This document shows positions 1 through 7,300 of a DNA stretch of 64,000 nucleotides, piece after piece. The stretch spans positions 62,001 through 126,000 of the forward strand of contig JBHGNT010000057.1 in NCBI GenBank assembly GCA_043228905.1. The letters are read 5' to 3'. Every line of letters begins with the position of its first letter. The stretch's first letter is position 1. The notes under the pieces are model-generated. The model saw nothing but the letters and a program-made list of their open reading frames with translations, searched no databases and was not told the origin of the DNA. This DNA is from Azolla caroliniana (lineage: Eukaryota; Plantae; Polypodiophyta). The position numbers and the translations under genes are program-made.

Positions 1-310
1 GAGAGGGAGAGAGAGAGAGAGAGAGAGAGAGAAAAGAAAAAAAAGAAAGAAAGAAAGAAGAGAGACGTAGAGAAAAGAAAAGGTAGAGAGGGAGAAAAAA
101 GGAAAAGAAAAAAGAGGTGAGTTTTAGAGTGTAGAGAGGGAGAAAAGTAAGGGTAGAGAGAGAGGAAAAAGAAATGATTTAGAGAGGGAGAAAGGTAAAG
201 GTAGAGAGAGAAAGAGAAGGGGAGGGAAGGAGGAGATAGAGATAGAGAAAGGGAAAGTTAAGAGAGAAGAAATGTGAAGGTAGAGAGGGAGAAGATAGGG
301 GGAGATCCTC
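1..310. repeat. Polypurine/polypyrimidine low-complexity tract with a (GA)n microsatellite at 1-32; probable 3' UTR or tail of the PLE
   Basis: The + strand is almost entirely A/G ((GA)n, GAAA, GAGAGAGG). The tract lies directly downstream of the RT stop codon on the element's sense strand. Confidence 0.8.
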
Positions 311-370
311 ACGTGGTAAATATAGGGAGATAAAACTTGTGGTTTAAAAAAATAAAAATATGGAGAGGAG

Positions 371-2281
371 TTAGTGTGGATCTATAGTAATGTTTTTTGT
401 GTTGACTAGTGAAGAGTGTAGATTTTTAGATTTAGTCCAACAAATTATTGGTTTGGGGATGTGTTGTAGTAGAGGGTCTTCTTGGAGGTTTAAGTGTAGG
501 CTAGTAAGGGTTTCTTTTATTCCTAGATTAGGGGCTTGGTGTGTGAATTTTAGTTTAAAGATTATGGGTGTGGGGGTTTGGTTAATGGTTTTGTTTGAGA
601 GGAGAGTTGGTCTAAGGGAATAGGGGTGTTTTTTGAATATATTGAGGATAAAGTGTGTAGGGTATCCTCGTGCTCGTAGTCTCTTAAAAAATAGTTGTTG
701 CATTTTTAAATAACCTTGGGCTGTACTTTCTCTAATAATGTATCTTTTAAGTTCGTTCGAGAGGAAGCTTTTTTTGACGTGGATAGGATGTGTCGAGGTG
801 AAGGGTATGTATTGGTAAGTATTAAGTTCTTTTTGAAAACAATTAAAGTTGAAATTATTATTAGCGAGGTTTATCCAAAGGTCGAGAAAAGGAAGTTTAG
901 TGAGAGAGGTTTGGATGGTCAGTTTAATGGAGTTTTGAGTGGTAATACTATAGAAATTTAGGTAGTCTAAGAGTTGTGTTTTCGTACCGGTCCATACACC
1001 AAAGGCATCGTCAATATATCTCGTGAAATAAAATAAATGGGGAGATGGGTTGGAATTCTCGAGGTATGACAAAAAAAGGCAAGCATATACTACGGAAAAA
1101 TTGCTTCCCATGGCTGTGCCTTTAATTTGTTGATAGATTTGGTTATTAAATTTAAGGAAGTGATATTCTAAGGTTAAGGCGCTGAGAGTATAGATGAGGT
1201 TGGCTTTTTGTTTTGAGAAATGGGGGGTAATTAGGTGTTTTAGGGCTAGTAGTCCTAGTTTTGGTGGAATACTCGGGTAGAGGGATTCTACGTCAAATGA
1301 AAAGATGAAGCTATTGGGTGGTGTCGTAAGGTTTTCTAGGGATTGTACTAAGGAGAATGAGTCTCTAAGGTATTGTTTTTGTTGTAGGAGTATGGGGAGG
1401 AGTTGGTGGTGTAGCCACTTAGAAGTTTGTTCAAATAACGAACCGTTGTAAGAACAAATAGGCCTATAGCCAATGGGTTCTTTGTGTACTTTGGGTAGGA
1501 AGTACATGGTGGGGACTCGGTATTCGTTGGATGGTTTGTGTAAGATGAATTTTATTTCTATGAGGGAGAGGGTTCCTAGGTGTTGATTCATTAAGGTTTT
1601 TAATCTATGTAGGAGTTCTTCTAAGGGGAAGGTATCTACGGGTTTGTAAGTGGATGTATCGGATAGGTGAGCTAGGGCTTTATCTAGGTATGTTTGTTTG
1701 TTTAAGACACAAACACCTACATTTTTGTCTGCGGGGAGGATGATAATGTGTTTATTGCTTTTAAGGCTTTTTAAGGCTTGTAGTAGGTGTAGTGGAATGT
1801 GTTTAGTGGGTAGGTTTGTATTATGGAGTTTTATGGTGAGGAGATTAAGGTGTTTATGAAGTATGTCTTCTAACGGTGGGTATTGTGTAGGGGGGTTCCA
1901 AGAGGGGTTGGGTAGTTTAAAGGGGTTGTGTGGGGCGGAGGAGTCGTCTTGAAAGAAATGTCTAAGTCTAAGGGATCTACTAAGGTTATGGAATTCTTGA
2001 AGAATAGAAGTGGAGGTGGGGGGGGGGGAGGGAGGTATAAACTTAAGACCTAGGTTAAGAAGTTTAATTTCTGACTTGCTAAGGGTATGTGTAGAAAGGT
2101 TGTGGATTTTACTACTATGAGGGGGACTAAAGGGTGTTGTAAGGGGTTTCCAAAATTTATATCTAAGTTTCTTTTTACGTGTTTTTTTTGTATGTGGTCT
2201 AAAGGGGATTCTATGTGACATGTTACCTAGCCAATTAGAGGAATCTAGGGGGGTAGAGTTACCATTAACAAAATACCACAC
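371..2281 (-). CDS. Penelope-like reverse transcriptase, no endonuclease domain; the frame is open upstream to 2410 and is probably entered by -1 frameshift at 2353-2347
   Basis: PLE N-terminal motifs NLS..LS..E..LL.LGLKFIP and SRSLRLRHFF are present, then IILPADKN (DKG-type motif, ~1721-1729) and YFLPKVHK..IGYRPI. Core motifs are FDVESLYPSIP (motif A), QIKGTAMGS (motif B), catalytic RYIDD (YIDD at 1007-1018) and LPFLDL. The thumb region reads YQYIPFTSTHP..VKKS..LRARGYP, and the protein ends just after PKPIICWTKSKNLHSSLV. There are no internal stops over 636 codons. Confidence 0.95.
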   Translation of the reverse strand: MWYFVNGNSTPLDSSNWLGNMSHRIPFRPHTKKTRKKKLRYKFWKPLTTPFSPPHSSKIHNLSTHTLSKSEIKLLNLGLKFIPPSPPPTSTSILQEFHNLSRSLRLRHFFQDDSSAPHNPFKLPNPSWNPPTQYPPLEDILHKHLNLLTIKLHNTNLPTKHIPLHLLQALKSLKSNKHIIILPADKNVGVCVLNKQTYLDKALAHLSDTSTYKPVDTFPLEELLHRLKTLMNQHLGTLSLIEIKFILHKPSNEYRVPTMYFLPKVHKEPIGYRPICSYNGSLFEQTSKWLHHQLLPILLQQKQYLRDSFSLVQSLENLTTPPNSFIFSFDVESLYPSIPPKLGLLALKHLITPHFSKQKANLIYTLSALTLEYHFLKFNNQIYQQIKGTAMGSNFSVVYACLFLSYLENSNPSPHLFYFTRYIDDAFGVWTGTKTQLLDYLNFYSITTQNSIKLTIQTSLTKLPFLDLWINLANNNFNFNCFQKELNTYQYIPFTSTHPIHVKKSFLSNELKRYIIRESTAQGYLKMQQLFFKRLRARGYPTHFILNIFKKHPYSLRPTLLSNKTINQTPTPIIFKLKFTHQAPNLGIKETLTSLHLNLQEDPLLQHIPKPIICWTKSKNLHSSLVNTKNITIDPH

Positions 2282-2353
2282 ACGTTTAGTTGGGTGTACG
2301 GCGTGTCTAAAACGTCGGTTTGATCTTATAGCACGCCGTACTAAACGTTTTTT
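2282..2353 (-). promoter_or_regulatory. Putative programmed -1 ribosomal frameshift signal (slippery heptamer plus stem-loop/pseudoknot)
   Basis: The sense strand reads CCA AAA AAC GTT TAG TACGGCGTG CTATAAGATCAAACCGACGTTTTAGA CACGCCGTA CACCCAACTAAACGT GTG. A AAA AAC (2353-2347) is correctly phased as X XXY YYZ in the ORF1 frame. A perfect 10-bp inverted repeat pairs 2341-2332 with 2305-2296. The RT frame is -1 relative to ORF1 and has no stop across the gap. Confidence 0.85.
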
Positions 2354-4337
2354 GGCCGGTGGAGGTTGTGAGTGGTGGGAAGTGTGATGTGAGAAGAATA
2401 CATAGGGGATTTAGGGTGACTAGTTGAGGGGTGGATACAACTTGTGGATGGTTTGGTAGAGGTGGTGTAGGGAGGATGTTGGGTATGGGTTGATTGGGTG
2501 TAGTGGTTAGGGATGTAGGGGTTAAGAGAGGTGTATGAGGGGTTGGGGAAGGCTAAGGGTATTTGGGAAAATAGGGGAGGGTTTATGTTGTGATTGTGGG
2601 TAGTTTCTTTAAACCAAGGGGGGCTTAGTGTGTGTGAATAGTTGTGAGAGGGGGGGGTAGGAAAGGTATTTCTAGAATTATTAGGAGGAGTATAAAAAGA
2701 AAACGAAAGAGAAGGAGAGTTAGGGGTAGGGTGAGCGTTAGGATTTACACAGTGGGTATGGGTAGGAGGGTAAGGATGAGTATTGTTTTGGGGTTGAAGG
2801 TCTTCGGGGGAGGGATACAAGGGGGGAGCGATGAAGCTGAATGGGGTGTGTTGGGGCTGGTGGTGAATCTGATGATAGGTATCCCGCGAATGGTGGAGTG
2901 GTGTGTCCTCCTCAAGTGGCGGCTGGAGCTGATAATTGGTGGTGGTTATGTTATTAATTGCCGTCTCGTATGTTGTCCGAGAGGGAGGTTGATGTTGGAG
3001 AGGGTGAGAAAACGGTGGGGGTCGAGGCGTCGGCAGAAGAGGCTGCTGTAATTTGCAGGGCTGGTCGCATGGCGGCGGCGGCGGTGGTGGCGGCTGCGGC
3101 TGAAGATCATTGTTGGGTTGGCGTTGATTTATATGTTGATGTCGATGCTGATATGAGTGCATTTGGTGTTCTCTTTCCGTCATATATCTCCAGGGCTCGT
3201 GGTGTTGCGGTTGCGGAGGCGGCGGCGGCGGCGGCTGAAAACCATTGTTAGGTTGGCCTCGGTTTTGATGCCGGTAAAGGTATACTTGTTGTTTGTTTTC
3301 AGGAGGAAATGGAGAGGAGAAGCTATGGATAGTGTTTGCTTTGGGCTGAAATGGGGCGGAAGGTATATGGCGGAGTTGTATTCGTTGGAGAAGTTCGGGT
3401 TCGTTGAAACCAATAAATTTAACTATTGGTTCGTATTGATTGGAATCTAAATTATGGCGCGGGGTAATTTCGTGTGTTGTTATGTTATAAGTGTAGAATT
3501 TTTGTCGAGGCTTGGATGGTGGTAATGGTGGCGGCGGCGGTGGTCGAAGAGGGTGTTGTTGGCGGCGCTGGTGCGGTTGTTGTGAAGGGCCGAAAGGGCG
3601 TGTGTATTTTACAGATTTTGGGTGGGGTTTAGGGTTTAGATTCTTAGTGAGATTGGGTTTGGGTTTCGGGTTAGGGTTATGGTTCGGTTTTGGGTTATGG
3701 TTAGGGTTAGGTTTCGGTTTAGAGTTAGGGTTAGGATTCCTATTAGAGTTTGTTTTAGGGTTGGGTTTAGTATGGTTGGGAGTAGGGTAAGGATTTTGTT
3801 TACAAGGATTACGGTGGGATTTGTGGTTAGATGTTATGTTGGGATTAAAGTTATTGTTTTTCGGGGTAGATTTAGGGATGGGGAGAGGGTTAGGGTTTGA
3901 TTTTGGGATAGGGTTAGAGTTAATGTTAATAATTGCATCAAGGTGAGGATTGGATGTGGGGTCAAAGTGTAAACTTTTTTTGTTTTTGGTGATAATGGCT
4001 CGGGATGTTTGTGGGTTAGGATTTTGTTCTATAAGCTCCTCGTTTGTATCTAGATCTATTGGGAGATCTTCTATTTCGTTATCTAATTCAACATTTATAT
4101 TATCAAAATCATGTGTATTATGGAGTATATCCGAGTGTTGTAACTCTCTATTGTTATTTCTAATTGTGATTGAAGTTGTTTTGAGTGTATTATTGATGTT
4201 GTTAGTAACACCAAACTCTTGGCACTTCGTTAAAAGTTCTATAACATGTTCTTCTAACCAATGGTTAATATTGTCTGTAAAAAGGTTAGGCGCTATAAAA
4301 TTTGAGACCTCTTCTAAGTGCTTAGGGTCTAGTAACT
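2341..4337 (-). CDS. ORF1 of the PLE, 5'-truncated; Pro/Asn/His/Gln-rich and probably largely disordered
   Basis: About 665 stop-free codons on the same strand as the RT, directly upstream of it. The track's TTG start at 4347 lies inside satellite sequence, and that frame hits TAA at 4362-4360, so the true N-terminus is missing. It contains an acidic, possibly helical N-terminal part, (NP/KP)n repeats and poly-Pro tracts. Confidence 0.8.
3620..3920 (+). repeat. Degenerate TTAGGG-like hexamer repeat inside ORF1 (encodes NPNPKP)
   Basis: Reads GGGTTTAGGGTTT..GGGTTAGGGTTATGGTTCGGTTTTGGGTTATGGTTAGGGTTAGGTTTCGGTTTAGAGTTAGGGTTAGG, with a 6-bp periodicity matching the Asn-Pro/Lys-Pro dipeptide repeat on the minus strand. 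Confidence 0.75.
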
Positions 4338-7300
4338 TGAGTTTCAAAATCTTGATTTTTTAATTCCATATCATAGCTAGCGTTGTTAGCTTCGATTCGC
4401 ATGTTTGAATACAAAAATCCGATATCACACGAGCCAGGTATGAACATTTTAATTTACTCAAGGGCTCCTTTGAACTCCCTCCTCAAATGTGGTAATTTCG
4501 TCATGTATCTCGACCTGAGTTTCAAAATCTTGATTTTTTAATTCCATATCATAGCTAGCGTTGTTGGCTTCGATTCGCATGTTTGAATACAAAAATCCGA
4601 TATCACACGAGCCAGGTATGAACATTTTAATTTACTCAAGGGCTCCTTTGAACTCCCTCCTCAAATTTGGTAATTTCGTCATGTATCTCGACCTGAGTTT
4701 CAAAATCTTGATTTTTTAATTCCATATCATAGCTAGCGTTGTTAGCTTCGATTCGCATGTTTGAACACAAAAATCCGATATCACACTCGCCAGGTATGAA
4801 CATTTTAATTTACCTACTAGCTCTTCTCAAGTCCCTCCTCAAATTATGTAATTTCGTCATGTCTCTCGACCTGAGCTTCAAAATCTTGATTTTTTAATTC
4901 CATATCATAGCTAGCGTTGTTAGCTTCGATTCGCAAGTTTGAACACAAAAATCCGATATCACACGAGCCAGGTATGAACATATTTTAATTTACTCAAGGG
5001 CTCCTTTGAACTCCCTCCTCAAATGTGGTAATTTCGTCATGTCTCTCGACCTGAGTTTCAAAATCTTGATTTTTTAATTCCATATGATAGCTAGCGTTGT
5101 TAGCTTCGATTCGCATGTTTGAACACAAAAATCCGATATCACACGAGCCAGGTATGAACATTTTAATTTACTCAAGGTCTCCTCTCAACTCCCTGCTCAA
5201 ATTTGGTAATTTCGTCCTGTCTCTCGACTTGAGCTTCAAAATCTTGATTTTTTAATTCCATATCATAGCTAGCGTTGTTAGCTTCGATTCGCATGTTTGA
5301 ACACAAAAAACCGATATCACACGAGCCAGGTATGAACATATTTTAATTTACTCAAGGGCTCCTCTCAACTTAGTCCTCAAATTTGGTAATTTCGTCATGT
5401 CTCTCGACCTGAGTTTCAAAATCTTGATTTTTTAATTCCATATGATAGCTAGCGTTGTTAGCTTCGATTCGCATGTTTGAACACAAAAATCCGATATCAC
5501 ACGAGCCAGGTATGACCATTTTAATTTACTCAAGGGTTCCTCTCAACTCCCTCCTCAAATTTGGTAATTTCGTCATGTCTCTCGACCTGAGTTTCAAAAT
5601 CTTGATTTTTTAATTCCATATCATAGCTAGCGTTGTTAGCTTCGATTCGCATGTTTGAATACAAAAATCCGATATCACACGAGCCAGGTATGAACATTTT
5701 AATTTACTTAAGGGCTCCTTTGAACTCCCTCCTCAAATGTGGTAATTTCGTCATGTCTCTCGACCTGAGTTTCAAAATCTTCATTTTTTAATTCCATATC
5801 ATAGCTAGCGTTGTTAGCTTCGATTCGCATGTTTGAACACAAAAATCCGATATCACACGAGCCAGGTATGAACATTTTAATTTACCTACTAGCTCTTCTC
5901 AAGTCCCTCCTCAAATTATGGAATTTCGTCATGTCTCTCGACCTGAGCTTCAAAATCTTGATTTTTTAATTCCATATCATAGCTAGCGTTGTTAGCTTCG
6001 ATTCGCAAGTTTGAACACAAAAATCCGATATCACACGAGCCAGGTATGAACATATTTTAATTTACTCAAGGGCTCCTCTCAACTCCCTGCTCAAATTTGG
6101 TAATTTCGTCATGTCTCTCGACCTGAGTTTCAAAATCTTGATTTTTTAATTCCATATCATAGCTAGCGTTGTTAGCTTCGATTCGCATGTTTGAATACAA
6201 AAATCCGATATCACACGAGCCAGGTATGAACATTTTAATTTACTCAAGGGCTCCTTTGAACTCCCTCCTCAAATGTGGTAATTTCGTCATGTCTCTCGAC
6301 CTGAGTTTCAAAATCTTGATTTTTTAAGTCCATATCATAGCTAGCGTTGTTAGCTTCGATTCGCAAGTTTGAACACAAAAATCCGATATCACACGAGCCA
6401 GGTATGAACATTTTAATTTACCTACTAGCTCTTCTCAACTCATTCCTCAAATTTGGTAATTTCGTCATGTCTCTCGACCTGAGTTTTAAAATCTTGATTT
6501 TTTAATTCCATATCATAGCTAGCGTTGTTAGCTTCGATTCGCAAGTTTGAACACAAAAATCCGATATCACACGAGCCAGGTATGAACATTTTAATTTACC
6601 TACTAGCTCTTCTCAACTTATTCCTCAAATTTGGTAATTTCGTCATGTCTCTCGACTTGAGTTTAAAAATCTTGATTTTTTAATTCCATATCATAGCTAG
6701 CGTTGTTGGCTTCGATTCGCATGTTTGAACACAAAAAGCCGATATCACATGAGCCAGGTATGAACATTTTAATTTACTCAAGGGCTCCTCTCAACTCCCT
6801 GCTCAAATTTGGTAATTTCGTCATGTCTCTCGACCTGAGTTTCAAAATCTTGATTTTTTAATTCCATATCATAGCTAGCGTTGTTAGCTTCGATTCGCAT
6901 GTTTGAACACATAAAACCGATATCACACTCGCCAGGTATGAACATTTTAATTTACTCAAGGGTTCCTCTCAACTCCCTCCTCAAATTTGGTAATTTCTTC
7001 TTGTCTCTCGACCTGAGTTTCAAAATCTTGATTTTTTAATTCCATATCATAGCTAGCGTTGTTAGCTTCGATTCGCATGTTTGAATACAAAAATCCGATA
7101 TCACACGAGCCAGGTATGAACATTTTAATTTACTCAAGGGCTCCTTTGAACTCCCTCCTCAAATGTGGTAATTTCGTCATGTCTCTCGACCTGAGTTTCA
7201 AAATCTTGATTTTTTAATTCCATATCATAGCTAGCGTTGTTGGCTTCGATTCGCATGTTTGAATACAAAAATCCGATATCACACGAGCCAGGTATGAACA

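Larger units (their letters stand above)
1..4337 (-). mobile_element. Endonuclease-deficient Penelope-like retroelement (Coprina/Athena-type architecture), 5'-truncated; the 3' end may extend past the window start
   Basis: ORF1, a PLE-type RT and a low-complexity 3' region all lie on the minus strand and share a strongly C/A-rich, G-poor sense strand. No GIY-YIG domain follows the RT. ORF1 runs without an ATG into the satellite at ~4338. No pLTR or target-site duplication is visible in the window. Confidence 0.88.

Noticed and set aside
124-312. 62-aa L/S/F/P-rich ORF as a membrane peptide or remnant endonuclease
   Set aside because: It is simply the translation of the polypyrimidine tract and has no GIY-YIG or Cys motifs.
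371-2281. Telomerase RT, LINE RT, or bacterial retron/group II intron RT
   Set aside because: The motif set (ADK, LPKVHK, HP..VK, RGYP, KNL..LV) is characteristic of PLEs. There are no TERT T/CP motifs, no APE or RLE endonuclease, and no retron or group II intron signatures.
2341-2343. Stop-codon readthrough of the ORF1 UAG as the route into RT
   Set aside because: RT is in the -1 frame relative to ORF1, so readthrough alone would not reach it.
390-4363. Plus-strand ORFs overlapping the PLE (77-137 aa) and the nested minus-strand ORF 3180-3413
   Set aside because: These are antisense or alternate-frame shadows of low-complexity, strand-biased coding sequence with no recognisable motifs.
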